From positions 1 to 36,890 of the forward strand of contig JANNXQ010000276.1 of NCBI GenBank assembly GCA_031409655.1: a stretch of DNA of 36,890 bases, given 5' to 3'. Shown here one piece after another: positions 18,092-29,107 of the stretch. Position 1 is the first letter of the stretch. Every line of letters begins with the position of its first letter. A program made the position numbers and the translations under genes. A model generated the notes under the pieces. The model was given only the letters and a program-made list of their open reading frames with translations, was not told the DNA's origin and searched no databases. Source of the DNA: Chthoniobacteraceae bacterium (lineage in GTDB: Bacteria > Verrucomicrobiota > Verrucomicrobiia > Chthoniobacterales > Chthoniobacteraceae).

Positions 18092-19408
18092 ATGAGCCAG
18101 GAACATTTTCCAAAGATCGGCAACATCCCATTTGAAGGACCGAAGACGAAGAACCGTCTCGCCTTCCGCCACTACAATCCCGACGAGATCGTGGGGAAAA
18201 AGAAGATGAAGGATCATCTGCGCTTCTCGATGGCCTACTGGCACGCGATGAAGAACACCTCGAGCGATCCCTTTGGCGGCGCGACGCGGTTGCGGTCCTG
18301 GGATGACGGCGGGACGAGTGTCGAGAACGCAAAGCGCGTGGCGGACGCGGGCTTTGAATTCATGCAGAAGCTCGGGCTCGAGTACTATTGCTTCCACGAT
18401 CGTGACGTGGCACCGGAGCTGAACGATCTTCAGGCGAGCAATGACGCGCTCGATGCCGTGGCCGATCATCTGCGCAAGCTCCAGCGCCAGACTGGCATCA
18501 AGCTGCTCTGGGGCACCAGCTGCCTCTTTGCGCATCCGCGCTACATGCAGGGAGCGGCCACCAGCCCGAGCGCCGATGTCTATGCCCTCGCCGCCGCGCA
18601 GGTGAAAAAAGCAATGGACGTCACCCATCGTCTCGGCGGACTCGGCTACACCTTCTGGGGCGGCCGCGAAGGTTACGCGACGTTGCTGAATACCGACATC
18701 ACCCGTGAAGTTTCGAACCTTGCGCACTTCCTCCACATGGCGGTGGATTACAAAAAGAAGATCGGCTTCAAGGGGCAGTTCTACATCGAGCCAAAGCCGC
18801 GCGAACCCTCCACGCACCAGTACGACAGCGATGCCGCGGCGTGCCTGAACTTCCTCCGCGAATATGACCTGCTCGCACACTTCAAACTGAACATCGAGAC
18901 GAACCACGCGACCCTCGCGCTGCATCGCGTGGAGCATGAACTCGCCGTCTCCGCCGCGGCGGGCGCGCTGGGCAGCATCGATGCGAACACGGGTGACGAA
19001 CTGATCGGCTGGGACACGGATCAGTTCCCGACCAACGTGTACATGACGACCCAGATGATGCTGCAACTCCTGAAGATGGGTGGCTTCAAGACGGGCGGAC
19101 TGAACTTTGACGCGAAAGTGCGGCGGGAGAGTTACGAGCCCGTGGACCTTTTCCACGCGCACATCGGCGGCATGGATGCCTTTGCCCGCGGCCTGAAGAT
19201 CGCGCACCGCATCCTCGAAGACGGAGATCTCGAGCAGCTCGTGAAGACCCGCTACGCGAGCTACAGCACGGGCATCGGCAAGACCATTGCGAGCGGCAAG
19301 GCGACCTTCGAGAGCCTCGAGAAACATGCGTTGACGCTGAAGAACGTGCTCCCGGCGAGTGGGCGGCAGGAGATGTTTGAGAACCTGATCAACGATTACA
19401 TGGATTAG
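18092..19408 (+). CDS. xylA: Xylose isomerase (class II)
   Basis: [55 protein letters not shown]. Confidence 0.97.
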   Translation: MSQEHFPKIGNIPFEGPKTKNRLAFRHYNPDEIVGKKKMKDHLRFSMAYWHAMKNTSSDPFGGATRLRSWDDGGTSVENAKRVADAGFEFMQKLGLEYYCFHDRDVAPELNDLQASNDALDAVADHLRKLQRQTGIKLLWGTSCLFAHPRYMQGAATSPSADVYALAAAQVKKAMDVTHRLGGLGYTFWGGREGYATLLNTDITREVSNLAHFLHMAVDYKKKIGFKGQFYIEPKPREPSTHQYDSDAAACLNFLREYDLLAHFKLNIETNHATLALHRVEHELAVSAAAGALGSIDANTGDELIGWDTDQFPTNVYMTTQMMLQLLKMGGFKTGGLNFDAKVRRESYEPVDLFHAHIGGMDAFARGLKIAHRILEDGDLEQLVKTRYASYSTGIGKTIASGKATFESLEKHALTLKNVLPASGRQEMFENLINDYMD

Positions 19409-19458
19409 CCTAAGGGGCGGTCCGTCGGTCCTGCTAACGTTGGCTGCAAGCCGCATTC

Positions 19459-19491
19459 CGGTGGATGGCGCGCTCCGCGCGCCATCCACCG
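19459..19491. repeat. Perfect 15-bp hairpin (REP-like or RNA stem) between xylA and the sulfatase
   Basis: CGGTGGATGGCGCGC-TCC-GCGCGCCATCCACCG. No U-tract follows. Confidence 0.6.
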
Positions 19492-19571
19492 TGGCAGCGC
19501 GAGGATTGTGAAAAGTATGAGACCGAACCCAAAGAATGGTGTTCGCCGTTTGCTCATTTAGTCTATCTGCC

Positions 19572-21377
<1,806 letters not shown>

Positions 21378-21403
21378 CCGAAACCCCCGGACGCACGCCC
21401 ACT

Positions 21404-22621
21404 ATGGACTCAGAATCTTTCTCCCGACGGGCAGCGGTGAAACTAGGGCTCGCCAGCGTCGCCGCCGTGAGCGCGCCCCGCTGGCTGGCCAGCGCTGCCG
21501 CCGCGGCCGATGCGCCGCTGCGTCCGTTTCTCACTCCGGCGGGTGAATTTCGCGACGTGTCGCGCGGCGATCCGAAACCGCACACCCTTGTCGGCGATGC
21601 TCTGGCGCGGGCGCGGCTCACGCCAGAAACGTGGCGACTGGAAGTAACCACGGACCCGGCGCCGAAAGATGGCATCAAGGAGATCGCCAAGATCGGGAAG
21701 CCGCTCTCTCTGGATTTCAATGCGCTGCGTGAACTCGGGCAGAAACACGGCGTCAAATTTCTCAAGGCAATGCAGTGCCTGAATATCGCGACCCCGCTCG
21801 GACAGGGCTTATGGGAAGGTGTGCCGCTGCGGGAAGTGCTGCGGCTCTGCGGGCCTATGAGTAATGTGCGCCGGGTGTATTACTGGGGCTTTCATAACGA
21901 CGACCCGAAGCAGCTCTTTCAGTCGTCGCTCAGTTACTCACAGGTCATGGAGACACCGCCGGGGGAGCTGCCCGTCTTCCTCGCCTACCGGCTCAATGGC
22001 GAGCCGCTGCCGCTGGAACGTGGCGGGCCGGTGCGGGTGGTGGTCCCGTGGGCGCATGGCTTTAAGTCGATCAAGTGGCTCCAGCACATCGTCCTGACGA
22101 ACGACTACCGCGCGAATGACACTTACGCGGAGAAAAATAACGACCCGGAATCGCATCTCAAAACGGCTGCTTATCCCGATGAGCTGCCGCCGAAATTTGC
22201 CGTCGGCCAGTCCGTGGCCCTGAGCGGACTGGCCGTCGTGGGTTGGTCCGGGCTGGAGCGCGTCGAGTATTGGCTGCGCGAAGCGGCGGCCGACATCGCG
22301 GATGACGATCCGGCGTGGGCCGCGGCAAAGTGGATCCCCTGCCAGACTGCCGAGCCCCCTGCGGACTGGAGCAGCGTGCTGCCAGCGGGCATTTCCTCGC
22401 GCGACATTCTCGGCTTCGACCGCGCGACTGGCCGGCCGCTGACCTGGCCACTGCGCTACAGCATGGTCGCGTGGTCTGCGAGATTGCGCGACCTTGCGCC
22501 CGGCAAATACGAAGTCCGCGCGCGTTCCGTGGACCTCAATGGCGAAGCGCAACCCGAGCCGCGGCCGATCGCCAAGACCGGTCGCAACGGCATCCAGGTG
22601 CGGCGCTTCGAAGTGGCGTAA
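21404..22621 (+). CDS. Tat-exported molybdopterin oxidoreductase (sulfite oxidase family)
   Basis: SRRAAVK twin-arginine leader, MQC (Mo ligand), WEGVPLREVL, LNGEPLPLERGGPVRVVVPWAHGFKSIKWL. Confidence 0.88.
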   Translation: MDSESFSRRAAVKLGLASVAAVSAPRWLASAAAAADAPLRPFLTPAGEFRDVSRGDPKPHTLVGDALARARLTPETWRLEVTTDPAPKDGIKEIAKIGKPLSLDFNALRELGQKHGVKFLKAMQCLNIATPLGQGLWEGVPLREVLRLCGPMSNVRRVYYWGFHNDDPKQLFQSSLSYSQVMETPPGELPVFLAYRLNGEPLPLERGGPVRVVVPWAHGFKSIKWLQHIVLTNDYRANDTYAEKNNDPESHLKTAAYPDELPPKFAVGQSVALSGLAVVGWSGLERVEYWLREAAADIADDDPAWAAAKWIPCQTAEPPADWSSVLPAGISSRDILGFDRATGRPLTWPLRYSMVAWSARLRDLAPGKYEVRARSVDLNGEAQPEPRPIAKTGRNGIQVRRFEVA

Positions 22622-22649
22622 CGGCGCGACGTTTTTCGCGCTGGGAATC

Positions 22650-23855
22650 TTACTTCGCTTCCACGGTCGCGGGTTCGGCGTAGTCCAGCCAAAGACGTTC
22701 GAACTGCGCCGCTTCCGCTTTTCCGTCCAGGGCCACGATGCGATAGCGCGACACGTAAGGCTGGCCGGGCTCGATGATCCAAGCGCCGCCCTGCGAAGGG
22801 GCGATGCAGAGTTGCGGATTCTTGGGGTTCAGACGGAGCGGCTGCGGAAAGCGGAAGTTCGTCGGGTGCATCAGCACGACGAGGCCGGTCGGAGCGCCAT
22901 CCACGTCACCACCGAGATGCACCCACTTGCTTTTGGTCGAGTCGCCCTTCGTGCGGTCGTCGCCATTGGAAGTCAGCATCGTCACGGCCTCCACCGGATT
23001 CCAAAGTTCATTCCCGCGCACGCCGAGGCCACCGTAGTGATACTTAGGGAGCTTGAGCGGCGAAGCACTCGCGCAAGTCTGCGTCGAGATGAGATCGATC
23101 ACATGCACCGCGCCCGCTCGATATGCGGCCACCTCCCAAGTCTCCAGCAGCACGTCTTTCGATGCGGAATCGCTGTGATCGATGAATCGATGCGTGCTCA
23201 CAAATCCGCCCTGCACGGGCCCGCTCCAACTCTTCTCCAGCGACGCAAAGCGCACCTCCGCGAGGAGCTTCCCGCCGGACTTATCCGCGCCCGCGCCCTT
23301 GCCCTGATTCCAAAAATCCGGATGCCGCCCCTCGAATTCCGTCTGCGTCCACGCCAGCCAGATTCCGCGATGCCAGCGATGATCCGACGGATGATTCCCG
23401 GTGACCAACTTCCCACTCGGGCTGAAGACCGGATGCAAATGCGCGCCGTGCGAAAAGATCGGCAACACCCCCTCGGGCACGGGACCGGCAGCCATTTGAT
23501 ACGAGAAAAGCGGCTACCTCTCGCCGCCCCGGAACTGCAACTTGTCACCCTCCTTCTCCACGATGACGCCAGCCGGGCAATCGCCTTTCGTGAGCGTGTA
23601 AGTCTTCATTGAGCGGCGCGCGAGTTGCGGCTCGATGAAGACCCCGTGTCCCGCGTCGTCGATCTGCGCCGGGACCGTGATGCCATCTGCCTTGAGCAAA
23701 GCGGTGCCGCGCAGACCAGCCGGTGCCGTGAAGCTGACGATGCTGGTGACGCGGTCATGCTCGCCCGCTTGAACCGTAAGCGTCCAATCGGTCGCGGATG
23801 CACCAAGTGCGAAAAACAGCAGGGCGAGAGTGTGCACGAAGAGGTGTTTGTTCAT
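22650..23855 (-). pseudogene. DUF6807/PmoA-like exported protein interrupted by an in-frame TAG at 23514-23516
   Basis: ORFs 23514..23855 and 22650..23495 are in the same frame: LQFRGGER*PLFSYQMAAG. Motifs HLHPVFSPSG...DHRWHRGIW, YGGLGVRG, HPTNFRFP. Confidence 0.75.
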
Positions 23856-24002
23856 GACGGGGAATCGCTGACGGAAGGTTGAAAGCAGATGTTCGCTCGT
23901 GCAACCGTGGGGGAGAACGCAAATATTCCGCGCATCATGCCCGAAGCGAGTGGCTCCGCGTAGTCGGCAATCACGGCGCGTCTGTTTTACGAACGCAATG
24001 AC

Positions 24003-27000
24003 TCAAGCGATGGCCCGATTCCGCACATCTTCGAGGATGGAGATCAACGTGTCCACCTGCTGCGAGTTGAACACTCCCTCGACGCCTTGCGTGTGGAAGT
24101 TCGTGTAGGGCGTTTCGTAGCGGCGTTCGGCTGCCATGCAGCCGTGTTCCGTCAGGTGATTGACGATCTCTTCGAGGAATTGCAGTTGGTTCGCGCGCAA
24201 GGTTCCGCCGGCGAGGAATGAAGCGAGCGCGTTCTTGGCGGCCTGGCGATCCAGGCCGACGAGCGAGCGTACGAAAATGCCCAGGCCGTGGCTCTCCTCC
24301 TTCGCCTTCTCCAGATCCTCGGCGGTGCCGATCCCGCTCTCCCTCAGCATCCGTTCCAGTTCGGTCAGATCGGTGCGCGTGAGCGGTTCGTTGGCGCGCA
24401 GCTTGTGGATGGCGAGGTGATCCTCGTGCGCCTTCAAAAACTGGCGGGCCTTGGCGCGAAAACGTTCGTAGCGGTCGGGTGCTGAGAAGCCCGGCAAGTC
24501 GAAGCCCTTCTCCTCGCCCATCAGATCCGCGAAGTCCGTGTAGATCGGCTTCCGCTTCTGTTTCTCGATCAGCTTCACGAGCAGACGGAGCCGCTTCCGC
24601 ACTTCCTCCAGCATGGGCAAGGTCACGTCCTGCCACCATTCATCCGTCTGGAGGTCGTGAATGAGCGGGAGTTGTTGCTGCACCATCGGGATGCCCGCCT
24701 GTTCTTCGAGCAGTCCCGCGATCGCCCTGACCTGATCCCGCAGTCGCGCGAATCCCGGCTCGGAACGGAGCTGCGCGAGCTGAAGGTTCAGCAGGAGCAG
24801 ATCGAACCGCTTCGCTTCCTCGTCGTCGGTTTCGATTTGCGAGGGCAGACCCGCGACGTGTGCCGCGAGTTCGCCCAGCGCGTCGGGGTTCAGCTTCGTC
24901 CACGCCTCGGCGACGGCATACTTTTCCAACAGCCGCCGCTGCGGTCGCACGATGAAGTTCTCGAGATTCATCCCGGCCACTTCGTCCCGCAGGAGCATGG
25001 CCGCTTCCTGGCGCAACGCGTCCAGACTGCCCGGCCCTTCGCGCAAGACGAGCTCCTCGCCGAGTCGCTGGTCGAGGGCCGCGATCAAGTCTAGCCGGCC
25101 AACGAAGAGCCGCTTGCCAAGCGAGGCCCCGAGCGAGCCGTCCGTGGTCTCGGGATTCTGGCTGAAAAACTCCAAGTTCTGGCAGTAGTCGAAAATGGTG
25201 AAGAACTCCTTGTCCTTTCCTGGCGCAAAAAGTCCGGGGCACAACCGCGTCCCGCGACCGATCATCTGCCAGAATTTCGTCTTCGAGCGCACCAGCTTGA
25301 AGAAGACGAGATTCACGACTTCCGGCACGTCGATGCCGGTGTCGAGCATGTCCACCGAGATGGCGATGTGCGGCGCCTTCGTGGAGATCGAGAAGTCGTC
25401 GATCAAACTCTGCGCGTAAGGCAGCCCGCAGTGGATCGCCCGCGCGAACTCGCCCTTCAGGTATGGATAGTTCGCATCAAAGCGCTCCGCGATGAACTCC
25501 GCGTGCTGCTGGTTCTTCGCGAAGATGATCGTCTTCCCCAGCCGGTCGCCGCCGGCCACCTTCTGTCCGCGCGTCATCAGGTGCTCCAGCACCTTGTCCA
25601 CGGTGTCCTGGTTAAAGAGCCACTTGTTCACCGCCTCGGCTTCCACGCGATCCGGCACTTCGCCGTCCTCGCTCCATTCCGCTGCATCCCACTGCTCTTT
25701 CTCCGCCTCGGAGAGATCGTCATATTTGATCCCTTCGCGCTGAAACTTCAGCGGCACGGACACCGCCCGCGGCGGCACGAGATAGCCATCCCGCACCGCT
25801 TCCTCGAGCGTGTAGGCATCCGTCGGCACGCCGCGTTCGAGATCGAAGAGCCCGTAGGTATTGAAGTCGATCTCGTCCTTCGGCGTCGCGGTGAGTCCGA
25901 CCAGCAGCGCGTCGTAGTAGTCAAAGATCGCCCGGTACTTTTGATAAACGGAGCGATGCGCCTCGTCGATGATCACGAGATCAAAGTGCCCGATGCCAAA
26001 GCGCCGCTGCCCATCCTGCGCCTCGTCGATCAGCCGCAGCATCGTCGGATACGTGCTCATGAAGACGCGGCCCTCCTTGTCCTTGTCCGTCACCAGATTC
26101 ACCGGCGCGGAATCAGGCAGATGCTTGAGAAACTCCCGCGCCGCCTGTTTCACGAGGGCCACGCGATCCGCAAGAAAAAGCACCCGCTTCGCCCAGTTGC
26201 AGCGCATCAGCAGATCGCAGAGCGCGATTACCGTCCGCGTCTTGCCCGCGCCCGTCGCCATCACCACCAGCGCCTTCCGGTCGTGGTCGCGCTCGAAGGC
26301 TTCGCCGATCCGCCGCAGGCCGCGGTGCTGATAAGGGCGCTCCACGATCGCTGTGTTGATCTCCGCATCCGCGAGCTTCCTCCGCGTCGTGCGCCGTTGG
26401 ATCATCAGCTCCAGCTCCGCCTTCTTGTGAAAGCCCTGCACCGCGCGCGGCGGAGCGTTCACGTCGTCCCAGAGCCAGTGCTCGTAGCCGTTGCTGTAGT
26501 AGATCACCGGGCGCCGGCCAAACTGCCGCTCCAGACAGTCTGCATAAAGCTTCGCCTGCTGCTGGCCGATCTGCGCGCTCTTCTTGGTCCGCTTCGCTTC
26601 GTTGAGCGCCAGGGGCAATCCATCATCTCCCCAGAGCACGTAATCCACGAACCCTTCGCCACTCTCGTTCGGCATCCCGGTGACGGGATACTCGCGATCT
26701 CTCGCTTGATCCAAGGGCCATCCCGCTTCCCGAAGGAGCAGGTCGATGAAGTAGTCGCGAGTCTCCGCCTCCGAGTAGTCGTGCGTATCCGGCTCCACCG
26801 CGTTCGCCTTCTTCGCCGACGCCACCTCGGCCCGCAGCCGGACCAGTTCGGCATCCAGCGCTGCCTTGTCGGTCAGGACGGCGGAAAGCTTTTCGTCCTT
26901 CTCGCGCAGTCGCGTTTCGAGCTGCTGGAGCTGCGCGAGCGATTGCGCAGGCCCCGCCGTCGTCGGCAGCAGCTCCTGCCGGAAAGCCAGCACGTCCGCA

Positions 27001-27392
27001 GGCTTCGCCCCGCGCGCATACGTCCGCGCCAGCCAAAAGGTGAAGTGGAACAGTTCCCGCACCGCCGTGAGCGCATCGAACTGCCGCACCGGCGCGTGGC
27101 TATGCACCGCCTGATTCCCCAGCTCCTTGATCACCCGCGTCTTCGCCCAGACCGCCGGCCCGAGTGCCGCGCGGAAGCCCGGCTCATGCAGCAGCGCGCT
27201 CAGATGCTCCTGATACGGCAGCCGCAGCGCCCGGTCGTTTTTGTAGAGCCACGCCACCGCCAGCTCCAGCGTCCGCCGGGCGTAGAAGCACGCCGCCCGC
27301 GGATCGCTCATCACGAGCGCCTCCGCCTTCATTCCGGAATCTGATAGCCCCGGCCACTCTGCGCCCAGGAACTGAAAATTCGACGCGCTCAC
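24003..27392 (-). CDS. hsdR: Type I restriction enzyme R subunit (EcoEI-like, with N-terminal DUF4145-like region)
   Basis: Nuclease motif VDYVL...EAKR, Walker A MATGAGKT, DEAH, GLTATP, MLDTGIDVP, QMIGRGTR, and an EcoEI-type C-terminus. Confidence 0.95.
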   Translation of the reverse strand: MSASNFQFLGAEWPGLSDSGMKAEALVMSDPRAACFYARRTLELAVAWLYKNDRALRLPYQEHLSALLHEPGFRAALGPAVWAKTRVIKELGNQAVHSHAPVRQFDALTAVRELFHFTFWLARTYARGAKPADVLAFRQELLPTTAGPAQSLAQLQQLETRLREKDEKLSAVLTDKAALDAELVRLRAEVASAKKANAVEPDTHDYSEAETRDYFIDLLLREAGWPLDQARDREYPVTGMPNESGEGFVDYVLWGDDGLPLALNEAKRTKKSAQIGQQQAKLYADCLERQFGRRPVIYYSNGYEHWLWDDVNAPPRAVQGFHKKAELELMIQRRTTRRKLADAEINTAIVERPYQHRGLRRIGEAFERDHDRKALVVMATGAGKTRTVIALCDLLMRCNWAKRVLFLADRVALVKQAAREFLKHLPDSAPVNLVTDKDKEGRVFMSTYPTMLRLIDEAQDGQRRFGIGHFDLVIIDEAHRSVYQKYRAIFDYYDALLVGLTATPKDEIDFNTYGLFDLERGVPTDAYTLEEAVRDGYLVPPRAVSVPLKFQREGIKYDDLSEAEKEQWDAAEWSEDGEVPDRVEAEAVNKWLFNQDTVDKVLEHLMTRGQKVAGGDRLGKTIIFAKNQQHAEFIAERFDANYPYLKGEFARAIHCGLPYAQSLIDDFSISTKAPHIAISVDMLDTGIDVPEVVNLVFFKLVRSKTKFWQMIGRGTRLCPGLFAPGKDKEFFTIFDYCQNLEFFSQNPETTDGSLGASLGKRLFVGRLDLIAALDQRLGEELVLREGPGSLDALRQEAAMLLRDEVAGMNLENFIVRPQRRLLEKYAVAEAWTKLNPDALGELAAHVAGLPSQIETDDEEAKRFDLLLLNLQLAQLRSEPGFARLRDQVRAIAGLLEEQAGIPMVQQQLPLIHDLQTDEWWQDVTLPMLEEVRKRLRLLVKLIEKQKRKPIYTDFADLMGEEKGFDLPGFSAPDRYERFRAKARQFLKAHEDHLAIHKLRANEPLTRTDLTELERMLRESGIGTAEDLEKAKEESHGLGIFVRSLVGLDRQAAKNALASFLAGGTLRANQLQFLEEIVNHLTEHGCMAAERRYETPYTNFHTQGVEGVFNSQQVDTLISILEDVRNRAIA

Positions 27393-27417
27393 CCGCGCAG
27401 CAGAAGGGATCGCGCCG

Positions 27418-28218
27418 CTACTTGGCGAGTACGAATGGTTCCTCCACGGGAGCGGCTTCTGTGTCGTTCGCCAGCGGCAGGAACGCTTCGCCGCTCATTG
27501 GCTCATAGCCTTCCGGCCAGCAGCCGCGAAAGCACACCACGACTCGCTGTCCAGGAGGAGCCGGGGGGGGATTCAGTCGTGCTACCTGCGCCTCTACCCG
27601 GCAGTTGGCAAAGAGCACCTGCACGAGATCATGGAAGAGATAGCGCGGCGCCCAGCCAATGATCACGTTGTCCTGCGTTTGAATCTGGAGCGCATGGCCA
27701 GTGACGGGATTCGTCGCTTCGAGGCAGACTCCTAGTTCTTCTTGCTCCGCGAGTTTGCTGATCCGCTCCTCGGCATACGGGTGAATGTGCCGCCAGCCGT
27801 GGAGGAAAAATTTGATCGCAAACGTTCCATCCGGCCCACGCTCCACCTTTGGAAAGACTTCGAGGTTGTCCGTCGCGCGTCGCCCCTCGCTCACGGCCAG
27901 CACCTCGATCGGATCGAAGGCCTCCGGGGGTTCGTAGGAGACATCGAGCCGTTGCAGGTATTCCCGGAAGCTCGGGCGAGTGGAATTTTGCAGCCGGTTC
28001 GCGAAGAGCGGGAAGAGCTCGACTGCGCGGTAGTCGGCGCGCAGGTCCGGGAAGCTGTCGAGCGCAGAAAAACCGAACTCCTTCGCCTGTTCGGCACCGC
28101 GCACATAGCGAAAGCGATATTGCTGCGCCTGCACGTCTGCGTCCAGCCGCCCCACGGGGAACCAGGCCCGCGTTTTGGCGGTGTCTTTCCAGGCGATGAA
28201 GAGCGTTTTTAGGGACAT
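27418..28218 (-). CDS. Protein with a HipA N-terminal (HipS-like) region and a HIRAN-like domain
   Basis: LFIAW...WFPVGRL...YRFRY...FPDL..Y...LFPLFANR...RP (HipA N-subdomain-like), G.RATD.LEVFP linker, FFLHGWRH...E..NP....A....IIGWAPRY (HIRAN-like). ATG 28218 overlaps the kinase 3' end. Confidence 0.75.
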   Translation of the reverse strand: MSLKTLFIAWKDTAKTRAWFPVGRLDADVQAQQYRFRYVRGAEQAKEFGFSALDSFPDLRADYRAVELFPLFANRLQNSTRPSFREYLQRLDVSYEPPEAFDPIEVLAVSEGRRATDNLEVFPKVERGPDGTFAIKFFLHGWRHIHPYAEERISKLAEQEELGVCLEATNPVTGHALQIQTQDNVIIGWAPRYLFHDLVQVLFANCRVEAQVARLNPPPAPPGQRVVVCFRGCWPEGYEPMSGEAFLPLANDTEAAPVEEPFVLAK

Positions 28219-29105
28219 GGAATTCGGAGGAGCACTTCGCGTGACACTTTGACGAGCGAGGCTGCGAACGCGGCTTGCGGCTGGGTCATCCAACCGTCGG
28301 GCGTACTCTGGAGTATGGCATGGATGGCGTCGTCAGTCACGCGCGAGACCTCTCGCAGCCACGGCGAAAAATGTCGAGGCAACTGTGGCGCCACCGTCTC
28401 GACGAGCACCAGTGGCGGTACGGGCGCTTCGCCGCGCTCCGCGAGATAGATCCCTCCCGGTCCGCGGCGCAGGTAGCGTTCCTCCAGCCGACTCTCCGCC
28501 AACAGGCGCTCCCGTCGTACATCCCGCATCTCCCGCCCCAGCGAGGAAGCGTGATCGAAGGACGGGGCCAGTCGGTGCTCCGGCCCACCCCGCGAGCGAC
28601 GCAGCAGACCCCAGTTCTCATGGTGCCGGTCCGTGTTCCCGATCAAGGCGTCGAAAACCAGATAACCAGCGAGTTGCCGCAAGTCTTCCTCGCAGTGTCC
28701 ACCGCACACGGCGCGGATCGCTTCGAGCACGCGCTCCCAAGTGTGATCGCTGGTCCGCCGTTTTCGCATCGGGTCGTAACCCCGCACCCGACCGGCGATG
28801 ACTTCATTGCCATGCACGAGCACTTCGTCCGGCTGCTCGATCTTCTGCGCGACGGTGCCGCGCCGTCCCTCGAATTCCGCCAACTCCACCCGCGCCACCG
28901 GCAATGCGAGCACCCCGGCGATTTCAGCGGCGATCTTCTCCGCGAGGTGCTCCATCTTGCCCGGTTCCTGCCGCGGCTCTTTGAAGAGCCAAAGCCCGCC
29001 GCCCGCTTCCGGTGGGAGTTCGCACCAAAACTTGTCCTTCGAGCCCATTGGCTCATCCTGCCGCACCATCGCCGCCGTCACCGGGATGATCGGGAACGCC
29101 GCCAT
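28209..29105 (-). CDS. HipA-like (PI3/4-kinase superfamily) Ser/Thr kinase
   Basis: EPMGSKDKFW loop, LFK, EH.AEKIA, catalytic loop FDALIGNTDRHHENWG, Mg motif LAPSFDHASSLG. Confidence 0.88.
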   Translation of the reverse strand: MAAFPIIPVTAAMVRQDEPMGSKDKFWCELPPEAGGGLWLFKEPRQEPGKMEHLAEKIAAEIAGVLALPVARVELAEFEGRRGTVAQKIEQPDEVLVHGNEVIAGRVRGYDPMRKRRTSDHTWERVLEAIRAVCGGHCEEDLRQLAGYLVFDALIGNTDRHHENWGLLRRSRGGPEHRLAPSFDHASSLGREMRDVRRERLLAESRLEERYLRRGPGGIYLAERGEAPVPPLVLVETVAPQLPRHFSPWLREVSRVTDDAIHAILQSTPDGWMTQPQAAFAASLVKVSREVLLRIPCP

Positions 29106-29107
29106 GC

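Noticed and set aside
22650..23495. Methane monooxygenase implied by the PmoA family label
   Set aside because: Soluble exported protein without the membrane helices of pMMO subunit A, and no pmoB or pmoC nearby.
23514..23516. Pyrrolysine or stop-codon reassignment
   Set aside because: TAG is the normal stop for several intact genes in the window, and no pyl genes are seen.
25368..27344. 658-aa plus-strand ORF, and similar long ORFs at 30373..32118, 8741..10405, 18059..19573 and 16420..17748
   Set aside because: Antisense shadows of clear genes (hsdR, hsdM, kinase, xylA, nnrS). Expected from high GC3 codon bias, and they carry no family motifs.
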